Below are positions 40,454 to 57,269 of a stretch of 64,000 nt of DNA, in pieces. The stretch is taken from positions 82,088,001 to 82,152,000 of the forward strand of contig OX597817.1 in NCBI GenBank assembly GCA_951406725.2, read 5' to 3'. The position numbers and the translations under genes are program-made. How positions within the stretch are numbered: position 1 is the stretch's first letter; each line of letters begins with the position of its first letter. The stretch is from Octopus vulgaris (lineage: Eukaryota). Under the pieces are notes generated by a model, which had not been told where the DNA came from, made no database searches, and saw only the letters and a program-made list of their open reading frames with translations.

Positions 40454-41390
40454 ATGAAAGAATTTAAAAGGAAAGACCCCCGCCTAAAGAAAAGTGAGCT
40501 TCAAGAAAGATTTGAATGCGTAAAGCGAATGATGTCAAGGACAGAGTAGAGAGAAGATGGTTTCCGATTATCAGCAGGAGAGAGATGGGGAGAAAGAGAA
40601 AGAGAGAAATAGAGAGATAGAGAAAGAGAAAGATAGAGAGAGAGAGGTGAAGAAAGAGAAAGAGAGAAATAGAGAGATAGAGAAAGAGAGAGCAAGAGAG
40701 AGATAGAGAGAGAGGGGAGAGAGAAAGAGGAACAGAGAGAGAGAGAGCGAGAGAGTGTGTGTGTGTGTAAGAGAGAGAGAGAGAGAGAGAAAACGTGTGT
40801 GTGTGTGAAAGAAGGAGAGAGAAAGAGAGTCAATGAAAGAGAGAGACCGACCATTGAGCATCGTCTTACAAGAATATGAAATTCTATATCTTACCCACGA
40901 GGATGTTGCAGGCTATCTATTATCTACATCACCCGTCAAGATACTCACAGGCTCTTTCCCGACCGACCAATTTATAGTATTTGGATAATAAATACGTGAA
41001 AGCGGAAAATGGACACGATCGTTTCTGACTGCTGAATATGCTCTAGTTCGTTGAATTGTTTAGCTGCTCTTGGCTTAATCGTTTCATCTTCGTTTCTTTA
41101 TCTAGTATAATCTTAATGTTCTTGATTAATTTCCTTCTCCTCAACATTGCTTTGGTGCATTTTCCGAATCCGTATTTCATATCCTTCTCACTACTGTCTG
41201 CAGTAGCTCTTTTAGTTGTTTATCATCTGTAGTTTACAAATTGAGGTCGTTAATATACAGATAACATTTTCTGCTATAGGCACAAGGCCTGGATTATGTG
41301 GAGAGGGGAACAATCGATCACATCGTCTTATTTCGTGTTCAGTGGTGTTTAACTTGTCGGTTAAATGCACCAGTACCAAATAGAAAAGGG

Positions 41391-41432
<42 letters not shown>

Positions 41433-41964
41433 GCAGGCAGAGAATCCTCTTAGAATATCCTACCTCTAATGGAAATTGGTTTAGTATGTTTAATCCCCAC
41501 TTTTGTCTGTGTTCTCTAGAAAAGGCTACTTAGCTGATTCTCATTGACGCACAGAATTTCTGTCTATACAACGCTTAAGTGGAAGTGCTAGCAGGCGAAA
41601 TGCTCGAACGGTTAAGAACTCTGAGCACCTGATAATATTCCGAACGCCAAGCACCGAGTCTTGGTGTTTGCTTCACTCAGAGAAGTAACACCATAAAGAA
41701 ATGTGTTGTGGGAAAACGTGACATACAAAGTGCATTCACACCTGCTTACCGTCTAAGTAAGGTATCTCTGGAATCGCTGCAGCTTCAATTGATAGCGAAC
41801 CTACCACTTAGACGAATCCATTAGGAAGATAAACTTGTATTCTTTTGGCTAGAAAATGACAATCAGATACCATTCTGTTGTGTCTATTGCAGAAGAGGTT
41901 GTATAGTGGACACATTCAGAAGAACAGAAGACAGACTCAGTCTTCTTCAACTTAACTTTCTTTC

Positions 41965-42313
41965 TTTAATTTGTTTCAGCCATTTGACTGCGGCCATGCT
42001 GGAGCACCGCCTTTAGTCGAGCAAATAGACCCCAGGACTTATTCTCTGTAAGCCTAGTACTTATTCTATCGGTATCTTTTGCCGAACCGCTAAGTGACAG
42101 GGACATAAACATACAAGCATCGGTTGTCAAGCGATGCTGGGAAGACAAACATACATATATACATATATATGACTGGCTTCTTTCAGTTTCCGTCTACCAA
42201 ATCCACTCACAAGGCTTTGGTCGGCCCGAGGCTATAGAAGAAGACTCTTGCCTAAAGTGCCACGCAGTGGGACTGAAATCAGAACCATGTAGTTGGTAAG
42301 CAACTCCTGCGCC
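41965..42313 (-). mobile_element. tRNA-derived SINE, family A
   Basis: Near-full-length copy. Confidence 0.78.
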
Positions 42314-42669
42314 TTTTTCAAATTTCATTTGGGGAGGAGTCTATTGTGTTTCAGCGAATCTGCTTAAGGATGGAGTGTGGCGAGATATTTTCGAGCAAAT
42401 ATGTCTCCGCACTAGAAGCACCGACATTATGGAGAAGAAGGCATTGGAGAGAACAATTAATTGCAAGCTAATACTGGATCTGTGGCGTTTCTTGATTTCT
42501 CCTAATTTGTTGTTAGCACGATGTGGTTAGTCACAGTACTGTTGTTATATTGCTATTTGCTGGCACAGATAACTGTCATTTTAACTCAACACCACTTCGT
42601 TCTGTATTTCGTCCTTGTATTGTTCATACAGTGCTAGGCTCTTGTGGCAAATGACAAAATAACTAACTA

Positions 42670-42727
<58 letters not shown>

Positions 42728-42858
42728 TTACTACTACTACTACTACTAGTGATAATGATAATAAAAATTGTTAATATTATTAGTTATTTTTGTTATTATT
42801 ATCATTACTATAGGTATTAATGCTATTATTGTTGTTGATACTTTAATTGTTGTTGTTG

Positions 42859-42911
<53 letters not shown>

Positions 42912-43294
42912 ATTTACAAAAAGAAAGTCTTATGAAAACATAGATCTGTGTTTTTTAAACGCTTCTTTCCTTGAAATATATAGAAATTCAGAACAGTGAT
43001 GAGAAAACTAACAAAACAAAGAGCAAACAGGCAAATAAACAAACACACTATGTTTAACCACAATTGCATAGCGATATCCACAACCACCACCACCAACACC
43101 ACTAGCATTAGCTACGAAAAAAAAAATGAAGAATATCAGAAACATCAACAACTCTGTTATCTGAAATGGAAAATGTGCAAACTCCGTTTTTACTGCTTGA
43201 CTATTATTTTTGTATTAGCACGGATTCGTTTGCATTTCATTCAGTGATACAAAATACTCAAAACAAAATACGCAACAGCTAACGACTGATGTCG

Positions 43295-43343
<49 letters not shown>

Positions 43344-43679
43344 TATATATGTATATGTATGTATATGTATATATATATATGTATATGTATGTATATATAT
43401 ATATACATATATACATACATACATACACACACAATCAAAAACTCATATATATATATATATATATTATATATGTGTGTGTGTGTGTGTATGCACGTATATA
43501 TATACGTATGTATCTCTATCTATCTTATGTATATCCAAATGGGCAAACGTATTTATATACATATTAACATGAACAAATGCATGTAAACGCTCATAGACAT
43601 ATATATTTCACACACCAACGCAACCACACACACATACACACACATACACACACGCACATCTCTCTATATATATGTCGTG

Positions 43680-43720
<41 letters not shown>

Positions 43721-43810
43721 GTACGTATTTATGTGTATATATGTATTTATATATGTATACATATGTATATATTTATGTGTATATATGTACATATATACCA
43801 ATATGTATGC

Positions 43811-43861
<51 letters not shown>

Positions 43862-43929
43862 CCGATACATATATATGCATCATACGTTTATACACATACA
43901 CTCGCGCGCGTGCACACACACACACTCAG

Positions 43930-43989
<60 letters not shown>

Positions 43990-44296
43990 TGTGTATGAGA
44001 ATGTGTGTGAGAGTGTATTAAGTATGTTCAAATATCTCCTTCAATTTTGTTTTTTGACAAAACCATATTTATTGCTGATTATTTTTCCATTTGCTTCTCT
44101 TCCTTCCGCCCGTCATTCTTTGTTTCCGTTTTCTTCCTTTTCTTTCTTCCAGCTTTCATCTCGCCTCTCGTTTGTGATTTACATTGCTTTTACAAGTGAT
44201 ATATATTTTTCACAGGACTACGAAGATTGTTTTGGTGAAAACAATTACAACCTCATATTTTCCAAATAGAAAACGATAGATAAATAAATATCTATC

Positions 44297-44392
<96 letters not shown>

Positions 44393-44459
44393 GTGTCTAT
44401 GTCTATGTACGAAGGTATGCATGTATCTATGAACATTAGTATTTACGTACGTATGTAAG

Positions 44460-44555
<96 letters not shown>

Positions 44556-46118
44556 ATATGTGTGTGTGTGTGTATAATCTGTTTTTACATCATTAATTTA
44601 TTGTCGTTCGTTTTCGTCTCCATCACTATCTCCCGCCTCTCTCTCTCTCTTTCTTGACACATACACGTATAAATCTTTTCCATTTGTAAATTCTTCACGG
44701 AGCTGTCTTTTTGCTTCTTTGTCTTTCTTCTTCCAGTGTGTACATACACACACATGTACACATATATTTCTGGTTATGCCACATAACTTGGCAGAATTTT
44801 ACCTTCGGTTTGCAGCCGAATATTGCACCAATGTAATATGAATGAACCTTAAGGTATGCTGTGCAAAAGCCTATATCTTCTTTAACGCTGTTTGTTCAGT
44901 TGTGCCCAAAAGCTGGAATGAAATTAAGTCAAAAATATTTTTGGGAAGAAAGAAAGTGTTATTCACCATGGGTGGGTAAAGTGTGTACCCAAGTTCAGAA
45001 ATCGATCTGAGCACGTTAAAACGAATTTGTGTGTATAAGGGCACCAACCTTAAAATTTCACTCTTCGAATTTAGGAAGGCGCCCAGTTCGTGTGAATACT
45101 TTAGGATATTTCTGTTCTTTTGGAAGTAGAATCTGTTTTACTTACTTCCATCAAGATACAGTCTGCACCATTTTCCCAAACTCCAGCTAATGTTATACGG
45201 TGTTGTGTTCAGTTACGAACTGGGTCTAAAAATATTGGTTGCCGGGAGACTAAAGGAGCTCACCCGCAACTACAATGTTAGCATTTAATTTTCTTTTTTT
45301 TATTAAAATTATTATTTTCAATTGTCTACAAACACAGTCCGGATGGAATAATGCATTCTTCCAGGAGTGAATAAAAAATTCTCAAACTTGAGGGATAGGC
45401 CCCTTAGATACTAACATGACCCCCATATATGGATTCCAATGGTGCAGGGGCCAACTTGCCATCGGGCAAGCTGACAGCCTGGCCAGTCCGCCAATGGTTG
45501 TGTTCATATAGATATGTATGCATGTGTGCTTATGTTTTTAATTAGCACATTATTCCTTGTTGATGTTCATGCATGTATTCAGTAACAGGGGGATTTTCTA
45601 TATTTATTCAGGACAGTCTTTCTTCCGAATGACATTGTATTTTGTTTTTGTGACAACTTCATGTCGCATCGGGAGTTAATACCTTGATAGCATTGTTAGG
45701 CAGGAGACATCACATGTGTAATATCTTCCACTGAAATGTAGCATACTCTATAATTTCTGTTGCATCTTGGAAACCCAAAGGCTTCACTGTCCTTTTTATT
45801 TATCAGGTATTTCGTAGCACTCCTCTCTTCCTTGGGTACAAGTGTACAGCCTTCGAAGAGAGACGTAATATAGCGGTCACAAATGAAACAGATGCTGCAC
45901 TTCGTGTCGATATTTCTGTCTTCTTCAAGCCTTCAGGAAACATACCCATGCATATTTTGGTATGCTGAGCGTTTCGCAACCAGGTCTCCTATGAGGTATG
46001 CTAATCCGACTGTTCTAGGATTGTATGGGAGGTTATCAAGAAGAGATTGCTTCATGAGGATATTCTTTTGTAGGAGGAGAGCTCCAACTGCTATGATTTT
46101 CATATTCTGGCATATATG

Positions 46119-46150
<32 letters not shown>

Positions 46151-46402
46151 TACATGCGTGAGCCTGTGTGTGTGAGTATGTATGTATTTATGTATGCATG
46201 TATGCATCTATGTATAAAAATTAATATAAAAGTAGTTTTAGAAACAAAACTACCTTCAGCTCAATCAACACTGAAAGATATTATACCCGACCACTCAATA
46301 AAAAGTTAAATATTAAATCTTATACGAACTATATCTATTCTGAATCCAGTATTCAGAATACTGTGTACTCGGAAGTAATATTCCCTAATAATTATAATAA
46401 TA

Positions 46403-46486
<84 letters not shown>

Positions 46487-46689
46487 AGCATTGCATATAT
46501 ACATATATACATGTATATACACACGTACACACATATACGTAGTGTACTAATATCTTAGGGATTGTCATTCACTGTGCATCAAGAAATACGCTTCGTCCAG
46601 TTGTGAAATTCCGCAGTTTCTCACCATCTGATCTTTGATCCTGTGTTTAAATTTCGAAGTCCTAACCCTAAAGTTTTAATATGTAATCA

Positions 46690-47010
46690 CCAGATTTGCG
46701 ATTGAAATGTGATCGTTTGACTCTTTTTATTAATAAACAGGCGAGAAGTGTTTCTACTCACACGTGAAAAATGTTGAACCGTGGAGTTTAATATTTTGCC
46801 CTTCGCTTAAGTATAGTTACTATTACAACCGTTACAGGCTTTTCCTTTGGCAGCAATGCCTCATTTTAATGGGGCCTTGTTTTCTCCTACGATTACTAGT
46901 TCTTGTTGCTATACCTGAAGTAATGGATATGTTAGAAGTTCAACTCGGTGTATTTTTACATTTACTTTCGGACAGCTGTTTTTCTAGATGTTTGACTGTG
47001 GTTGTAGAGG
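46690..47010 (-). mobile_element. Possible decayed Penelope GIY-YIG 3' fragment
   Basis: Broken frames resemble the GIY-YIG C-terminus (LYNH..., IAAKGKACNGCN, LLIKR); weak. Confidence 0.3.
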
Positions 47011-47298
47011 GGTGAACCTTTGTTGCCCAACAGAATTTATATTAAAAAATTTATAACAATTATGTAAAGTGTATATGTGTGTATTTAGCAATGTTTGGCA
47101 GTTACTCGCTGCATTTGTAGATACATTTAATAAAATCAAAGTTGGTGGTGAATTATAATTCTCAGCCTAAAACTGTCAGAGGAAGTCAATGCGTGATGTG
47201 CGCATAAGTTAGATGATCCAGAAAAACACTTGTGATCTGGCATTTGAATTTATATACTGATTAATTTTCCATCTCACTGCAAAAAGAAGGTCCCTAAT

Positions 47299-47384
<86 letters not shown>

Positions 47385-47401
47385 GATCGATCGATCGATC
47401 G

Positions 47402-47475
<74 letters not shown>

Positions 47476-47538
47476 GTTTGTCTGTCTGTCTGTCTTAGTA
47501 CGCGCGCGCAGGTATATTTAAACTCTTACAAGTCTTTA

Positions 47539-47592
<54 letters not shown>

Positions 47593-47774
47593 GTTGATTG
47601 TTGAGATAACATTTTGTAAAAAGGTGAAACTCTGCGCGTGTTTCATATATTGAGTTTCACGTTTGAAAGTAATTCATTTCCACTGAGTGAATTTCACATA
47701 TACATACATATTTATGTTATATATATTTGTACATTTTATATTTATATGTAATACACACATACACACATACACAC

Positions 47775-47826
<52 letters not shown>

Positions 47827-47827
47827 G

Positions 47828-47880
<53 letters not shown>

Positions 47881-47953
47881 TCCTCTATTTTCATAATATC
47901 GAGGTCTCGTTCTTTTGTTGTCATTTTATTATTATTATTATCATTATTATTAT

Positions 47954-48010
<57 letters not shown>

Positions 48011-48733
48011 ATGCGAATAAGTTCTGAATCAAGTTTAAATATATTTCAAAGGATCAATGAAACTTATTCTCTCCAGTTTTCATTCAGCTTGGCATTTAGT
48101 ACGGTCAATAGCTGTATCTTCTAAATTTCCTCTCTTACTTTCTACACTATTTCTCTGCTCATTTATAAAAAAAAAATGCATTGAATGCAAGATGTTCTTT
48201 CTTTGGTTATCTGCTATTCATTCTCGGAAGGATTAACGTCCTTACTGTTCGATGCTCATTCCAAAACATGAACTTTTGCCTGCTTTTAGACACGCTTGAA
48301 TTAATTTTGTAGTCGAGCTTCTGTCGTCCATTACCCTTTTGAAACAGCATATTTTCTCTTTTGATAGTGAGCTAAATGTAAAAGTGTTCAGTATTTTCAA
48401 GAATGTCGTTAGTAGCGGAAAAAAGAGCAAAGGTGAATCTATCTATCAGCTAAAAATGACGGTTAAGCGAAAATCAACTAACAGTGCCAGATCAGAAAAA
48501 AGCTACGCTTATGTAGTTTATGAGAGACAAATAAACACTATATTTGTGTCTTAAAATTTTTGATCATATGTCGTCTTCATCAGAACTGATCAATGATCAA
48601 TCATTTAAAGAGGTCAAACAAGTTCGCTTAGATAATATTGTATGCCAACCTATTGAACTATAGAAGTGTCCATTAATTAATGACAACGAAGAGAAAAGGT
48701 ATTGTATTATCTTACACAAGTTGTTTAATGACG

Positions 48734-48793
<60 letters not shown>

Positions 48794-48823
48794 ATTATTT
48801 GTGCGTGTGTGTGAGTGTGTGCG

Positions 48824-48854
<31 letters not shown>

Positions 48855-49588
48855 TAGTTACCAAATATTGAATTTTCAAAACTTTCGTCTATTTTAGTAT
48901 TTCCTAAATACATTTTATATTCGTTACGAAAATCTCTTTAGCTTTAATGGCGTAAACATCAGATATCAGAAATTGGTTTATTGAAAACTCTCACAGTATA
49001 TATTTCAATTTTATGTATATTAAACTCTAGGGCAGTTTATATTTCATGTTTGTCCATAATAAATGTATTTTTCATGATGGTTGTAAAAGAACATCAAATG
49101 TTAATTTGCCGATAATTGCCCAAGAATATCTCTTGATAATTTCATATTTTAACAATGAAACTGAGTTTTTCTATTAAACCCAGATAATTTAAGACCTAGC
49201 AAAAGAGTACCATCGACTTTATAGGCTTTGTTTGTTATTAGTATCTCTTGGTTTAGTTATTTTTTATTTTCATTGTCACTGGTTTGAGTTCATAGAGTGC
49301 AACGAAGATGTTGTAACACTTTCAAATATATCGATTCTAGTATTTATTCTGGCACTAGTTTTTTTTATTGATCACTTCTATCCGATTGCTAAATTAACCC
49401 ACTGAGTTTCGCCTTTTAACAGAGTTACCTTCGTTTTGAATATTTTAATGTATCATTATGCGCGTTTCCACAATTCACATGTTTCTTAAGTCTTACAGTT
49501 CGTAATATCCATAGACATCGGGTAGATCATGTTCATGTGTTCATTTCTTAGGGCGAAATGGCATTTCAATATTTAAAATTCCAGCCGT

Positions 49589-49688
<100 letters not shown>

Positions 49689-50569
49689 ATTTATCCTACA
49701 TGAGAACGGCACAGCTCGGTGTGACCCCCAAAAACCAATATTGGCAGCTGACATCATTAGGCTGTAGCCAGCATAATAAAATGGGAACTTTTATATGTAT
49801 ATTCAAAACGTTTCACGTAAAAGAACTTAATGGATATATATATATCGGGCAAATTTAGATTCAGTAGGGGATATAATACCACTTGCTAAAATCAGAGTCG
49901 CGCCTCGAAGCCACCATAAAGTCACAATAAAGATACACACGGGTAATGCAATGAACGTATTAGAAATAGGCTTACCTTTGCGTTGAATACATCAGTAAGG
50001 ACTCTATATTTCAATACAGATTGATTTCATCCTCTGTATGTCCAATATTTTACGATAGTTTTCTTTTAAACGGAGCAGAACGTTTAAAGAAATTAATGCA
50101 CGCTAGCTAATGTAGTGAATATTTTAGAAATAGATGTTAAAATGTTATTTTCAACTGAAGATCCCAGAGTATGTTGGTCATACAGAGGGTGAAATCAATT
50201 GGTATTGAAATATAGATTACTTACTGATGTGTTCAACGCAAAGGTAAGCCTATTTCTAATATGTCCATTGCATTGCTCGTGTGTATCTTTATTGTCAGTT
50301 CATGGTGGTTTTCGAGCCTTGGCTCTGATTTTAGCCAATGGTACTATATACTTTACTGACTCTAAATTTGCTTTATATTGTGCCTATAACGGTGTGAACT
50401 TGCTGACCATTTTATTATTACCTTAATAACGGAAACAATACATCGTTATTTAATATATGTATATATGTATATATATATGATACGGAGCCATTTCTACATA
50501 ATTATCTGTAACGTAATGCAATAAAGTGTCCTCTGATGTGCAGTTTTAGTTGATCATCTTCGAGATTGG

Positions 50570-50762
50570 AGGCTGAAAAGATCCTGGCTTTGGGTAAAAC
50601 AAAATACAGGAGGATCAGTTAATTATGATTTTATTCAACATATTCACCCATATTCACACGCTTATTGAGGTAAACCTTCAATTTTTCCAAGCCCCGTAAA
50701 AGGACTCGGGAGGTTGGGTTTTCCAACCAGGCCTTTCGTGAAATTTTCAGCACCCCCTTGTA
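50570..50762 (-). mobile_element. Internally deleted mariner remnant
   Basis: TACAAGGGGGTGCTGAAAA terminus and a mariner-like C-terminus (NKRVNMGEYVE*). Confidence 0.55.
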
Positions 50763-53479
50763 AATGCACTTGGAACAGCTATTGTTGGACTCCGAACAAC
50801 CGAAATAGTAAAACGCGCGTAGCAACTATAATATGAATTGTGTTCATCCTTATATATAAATATGTGTGTGTCATATATATATGTGTGTGTGTGCGTGTGT
50901 GTATGTGTGTGTGTGTATGTGTGTGTATACATATAGAAACTTAGACAAAACTTAGATAAGCGTAGCCATATTATGGGCAAATTTGGCCCAGACCATGTCT
51001 AATTTGATACTGCAGTCTGACATAATCTGTTAAGTCTTTTGAAGTCGGTTTTTGTGGTGTTGTAGCTAATCGAAGTAGGGAGTTGTTGACTGAACCATAT
51101 ATAGGTGTAGTAGATTAATTTGATATCTCTTGAAATTTGTTATGGCCTATTTTTATTTGATCGGTTGTGGGATAACATTAGATAAGCTCTATTGGAGAAA
51201 AATTGTGTTGCATTCCGGTTTGTTGTAAGTCTGATTTGGGTTAAGGGCGTCTCAGTCTTCGTTGGAAGGTAAACTTTATGACAAGATCACCTGGGCAATG
51301 TTCATCGTATGTTCTCCACTTTGTACAAATGGAGCGGCATTCACGCTAGTATTAGAGGTAATAGAGCTTCAATGACTTTAGACAGTCCCAATAAACCAGA
51401 TCAGTCACAATATTTTCTTTTTGTGCTAAATATATTTAACAGTTAAGCGTTACATTGAGCACTGCTTAATGTTTTTGTAGAATACCTTTTCCTTCTGTAA
51501 GTTGAATACATACATAAATGCAAGCACACACACTCATATATGTATATATATATATATATATATATACCCCCCTTTTGTTATAAATGTAAATGTACACCTC
51601 TCTTGATTACACACACATACACACATATCAGTCTGTATACACATACTTATGTAGTGAATCATTAATTTTTTTACAAAATTGTTGATACTTTAAAGAAAAC
51701 TTTTTTAAAATAACTGTCTAACCTTTTAAACAATTTGAATTTTTTTGATATAATGAATTGCTTAATTAAGGTAAATTCATGAGGCTAACAATTAGTACAC
51801 AAATGTTTACTTCCAAAGTTTCGCTAGAGCTTCAAAAATATTACTTCAAACGAAATTGTACTTATTTAATTGTATCACTATATTTATATATATATCTTAT
51901 ATAAAATCCGTTGTGTGTGTGTGTGTGTGTGTGTGTGTCTTCTCGGATCTCTGATATCTTCCATCCGATTGCGCTCAAATTTGATATGTAGATACCGACG
52001 GTATCAGGGCATGTACAAATCTTGAAAAAATTACAAAAATCGATTCCAGGTGAGAATGCGATCGATAAAGCCCTTTTTGTCCCGCCTTTCTTCCGTCAAC
52101 CTGTACATAACTGCACCTTCCATTTATTGTTGTCGAAATAAATAAAACTGTTAGTAATACCATATAAATACTGAGTTTAAAACACAAAGGAAGAAAAAAC
52201 CGAAAGCTGCCCCAGCCTTTTCTATCCATAAAATTTTTAAACAAATATTTACATGCTATTATATAGAGCTTTATTTGCTTCGCGATACACCTACCCTAGA
52301 AATAATTTGTGTCGTTAAAATTATGCATACATACATACATACATTGGCTGTGTGGTAAGAAGATTGCTCCCCAAAGAAGCCCGTCGTATATATTATTTGT
52401 ATTATTATATGATCGAACACCACGCATCCTTTTCGAAGTAAGTTTTGTCTTAATAATTACGATGTGCACTCTTATTCTCTCTCTTTTCTGTCTATTTATC
52501 TCCCTCTCTTGTTCTTCTTCCTTTCTGTTTTTTCTCCCACCCTTTCCTTATTCTTCTCCTCTCCACTTCACCATTCCCCCTCTCTCTGTCACTCATCCTC
52601 CTTGACTCTCATTGATCACACGTGACTAACGGCCATTCTCTCTTTATTCCACTTCCTTCCTAAAGACAAGACGTGCTTTTATCTGTCTCTTCCCAAAGCT
52701 CGTTTTTCCAGCGTTCAGCACTTCATGTCGACTTGGCTTAACAGCCCTCACAGTTTGTTTTTAGTGTTTTATTCTCACTGTCCTGTTTTTGTTTCCACTT
52801 TCACCCTCCGCAAAATATCCCAAATTTTATTTAATTTGCTTTGCGGGAAGGATTGTTTGAACGAAGTCGCGTTTTGTCCTGACCTTCGAAAACGCGGAGT
52901 AGATAAAATAGATAAAACAGGGGACATCTGATGAAGGGAATGTACTTTATGTTGCATGTCACGTTTCTCTGTTTGTTTTTTTCGTTGTTCGAAAAAAAGT
53001 TCGTCTTCTATGTTTTCGTTTCTTATATTCTAGTTTCTCATTCCGTACACGTTTTTTTGATATCCTGTACCCATATATGCATGTATATATACATATATAT
53101 GTAGGTATGTGCATATATATATATATATATATATGTATATATGCATATATTTATATATATTATATATATTATTATAAATATATGTTTGTATATATCTATG
53201 TATGTGTGTTTGTGTCTATGTTTGTCACCACTTGCACCCTGATCGCTTGACAACTGATGATGGTGTGTTTACATCTCCGAAACTTAGAGGTTCGATAAAA
53301 GAGAGTGATAGATTAGGTACCAGGTTTATAAAAAGTAAGCCCTGGGGTTGATTTCTTCGACTAAAAAACGGTGCTGCCGCATGACCGCATTTAAACGACT
53401 GAAACGAATAAAAGAAATTTAAAAAACTAAAAGGAAATACACACACATATGTGCATATGTATCTATCTATCTATCTATG

Positions 53480-53648
<169 letters not shown>

Positions 53649-53855
53649 CTGTCTATCTGTCTTTCTATCTATAAACAGACAGACCTAATTACCCCCATCT
53701 TCAAGTTAATATAATTACCCTAACTGACACTGAATTTCCGGAAGTATACCACAAATGCCGATGACCACAAGTATGCTATACTGTGCCGGTGCTCTACTTA
53801 ACATTTAAACACACTAATTGACTTAAACTTATTAATCCAAAATATTTATTATCAA

Positions 53856-53894
<39 letters not shown>

Positions 53895-54036
53895 TTTATT
53901 TAAAAGCAGCAGAAATTCAACAAAAGCTGTTACTCGGAGTTTGGAATTTCTGCTGCTTCAAAATAAAGCATATTACTCTATCCCTGGTATTTGAGTAATC
54001 TTTTTTCCACCTTGTTTCACATTTATGTGTTTACTC

Positions 54037-54124
<88 letters not shown>

Positions 54125-54701
54125 ACTGCTTCTGTTTTGGATTTTATTTGTTATATATATATATATATGTGTGTGTCTCTCTCTCCTTATATATATATAT
54201 ATATATATATCCCTGCAGGCAATAGGTTTTCGTATTGATACGACATCAGAGAAGCTGCACATACGTGAAGTCTTCAAACTGCTTTAGAAGAACTATACTA
54301 TGTTAAAATCCAACGCCTTTAATCATAACTATACCATCCACATAGTTGTAAGCGCCTTATAGGTGTAATCAATTTATATTTTGTTAGCTAGGAATTACGG
54401 AGTTATATTCTTTGTTTCTAGCGTATGCAAAGTCAGTAAGTACTCAACGTTTATTAGTCAGATGTAGGCAAGAACCTCTAATACCTGGTGATTTACCTAG
54501 TCGTTGGGTTCAGGATTCTGTTTTCATTTGAGTGATATGTAATGACTGGTGTTCATCACTCTGTCTTATGTGAAACCCGTCACACACAGACCTCCATTCA
54601 TTACAGTATGATTCAAGCATACGCTTAGATAATAAGCCTAGCTTTCACTAGTCACTCGTTTTAAAAGAAAATGTAGTCCAAAATCTTGAAAGAATTTTGT
54701 C

Positions 54702-54742
<41 letters not shown>

Positions 54743-55028
54743 TACATACATATTTATATAAATGCATATATATATAAATATGTACGTGTGTGTTTGTGTT
54801 TGTGTTTGTCCCCCATTATCCACAGCTTGTCAATTGCTGTTGTTATGTTTACGTTCCCTTAACATAATGGTTCGGCAAAAGGCTTGGAAAAAAATCCGCT
54901 CTAGCTTGGGTCGATTTGTTAGGCTAGGCTTTTTAATGCGGTACCGTAGCATGGGCGTAGTGTAATAACTGATACAAGTAAAAGATAAAAAAAGTAAAAG
55001 ATTACAGTAAAAATAAAATGCCTCTTAC

Positions 55029-55595
55029 CTTCACATGTCTTTGTAGCGAGTTCCTTTTTGATGGTGTTGAGGGCCGCAAAGTTGGTAACCGTAAAGACAT
55101 GACTTGTACCTGGTCCTGTGGCAATCGCCTGTAATTCACTTTGCCGTATGTTAGTTCCAACACCGATGGAGAATACAACAGCTTGAGTTGCCTTCAGGCT
55201 ATTGGCTGCCTTCACTGTCAATTGGGCATTGTTAGAGTTGCCATCAGTGATGACAATTGCGATATTGGGAACTTTTGGTCTATCCCCGTTACCAGCCGTG
55301 AAAGTGATAGTGCGCGCTCTTGTAAGAGCATCAGCTGTATTGGTGTTGCCCGAAATTCTGTGAATGGCTCCTATGGCTGAGAGTAAAGCATTTTTGTCGG
55401 AATATTTGTTGAGATGGAATTTTTCAACGCCGGTTCCAGCAAATAAACTAACTGCAACACGGATTTTATCTTTGCCGACATCAAAACCTTTTACCATTTC
55501 TTTGACGAAAGTAATCATTTTATTAAAGTCGAGATTTGACACACTTCCGGACGAGTCCAGAATGAAAAGGATGTCGGCCACCGATGAATTGCATG
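55029..55595 (-). CDS. Multi-VWA protein exon: VWA domain 1
   Basis: ttttcag|CA TGC AAT ... TGT GAA G|gtaaga; 567 nt, phase 1-1; ADILFILDSSGS (MIDAS DxSxS), TNT, IVITDG, VFSIGVG. Confidence 0.93.
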
Positions 55596-55907
55596 CTGAA
55601 AATAAAATAGACAATGATTCAAACACTTTTCAAACGTGCAAAAATAGGTATCATCATGGCCACCACCACTACCATCATCATCATCATGGCCACCACCACT
55701 ACCATCATCATCATCATGGCCACCACCACGAAATGCTGAGGCATTTCATCCGCTTTTACGATCTGAGTTCAAATTCCACCGAGGTCGATTTTGTTCCTTG
55801 TCCTTTCCGAGTCGATAAAAAAAGTACTAGTTAAGTATTGGAGTTGATGTAATCGACTTAGCCCCCTCCCCAGCCGAAATTGCTAGCCTTGTACCTACAT
55901 TTGAAAC

Positions 55908-55968
<61 letters not shown>

Positions 55969-56483
55969 AACAAATACTACAACAACAACAAAAACTAAGC
56001 ACTGGCTCTCATGGCTTCTGATCTTAACTGACTGGAAGTGTTATGTACATCTTTTGTCTTCTTGTTATCTGATCTTGTTATTTGATCTTAGCCAGCGGAG
56101 CATGTCCCTTGCTGGCTGACGATGTGTGCATCTCTGATCAGGAGTAGAAGTAATGGGGGAGCATCATAACTATGTATCGAGAAGAATTCTTTGGGGTTTG
56201 AATAATTCACCTTTGGTAACATGGGTGTTTCGTTCAACATCCTTAAACGACTCTTATTTAGTGACTTCTTGAGCGGAATGGGCTACTCTACCTGAAGAAA
56301 ATTCTAGCTGGGCTCCACCTGCAAGGTCATTCATTGTTTATTTTGATATGAAATCACCATGTCACGCGCATATGGTTTTGATGCATGTGTCTGGTTTATC
56401 CTTATTAGACGGGTAATCATGATGAACATACTGAGCTTCGTATATTTTCATGGCATGCACTGCTCTCTCACTCTAATAATAAT

Positions 56484-56563
<80 letters not shown>

Positions 56564-57187
56564 AGGCACAAGGCCTGAAATTTTGGGGGAGGGGTTAGTC
56601 AATTAGATCGACCCCAGTTCGCAACTGGTACTTTATTTATTGATCCCCGAAAGGATGAAAGGTAAAGTCGACCTTTGTGGAATTGATCACGATGCAGTAA
56701 CAAGCAGTGACTGTCATGGCTTTTGATCTTTGATAATTGAATGTGCTATCATGCACATATATTATCTTGCTGTAAAAGATGGGCCACATATTCTGCTCAA
56801 TACCTTAGATTTGCTTGTCAGTTGCTTGACCTTAACCATTTAATTATATCCCTTATTGGCTGACGACATGTGCATCTCTGATCACGAGCAGGTGTAGTTG
56901 GAGAGCATCATAGCCATGTGTCGGGAGTAATTCATGGGGTTTGAATAATTGATCCCTGGAAAAATAGGTGCTTCATTTATCATCATTAAACAACCTTCAT
57001 TCAGGAACCTTTTGATCAAGATCGGCCTCTCAACCCGAAGAAAATTCTAACGGAGCCCCACCTGCAAGGTTATTCATTGTTTATCTTGACATGAGATCAC
57101 CATACTGAGCACTTATGGTTGTGATACATGTGCCTGGGTAGTCATGATGGATATATTTGGTTTTGTATATTTGTACCCTACTGTACA

Positions 57188-57267
<80 letters not shown>

Positions 57268-57269
<2 letters not shown>

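Noticed and set aside
52921-52962. GACAT-CTGATGA-AGGG...ATGTC hammerhead-like start in a pLTR-like repeat
   Set aside because: Stem I arms are present but GAAA and stem III are missing; at most a deleted relic.
53893-53970. Short hairpin with a possible hammerhead 3' half (AAACTCCGAGTAACAG on the minus strand)
   Set aside because: No CUGANGA half; only a truncated, inverted repeat fragment.
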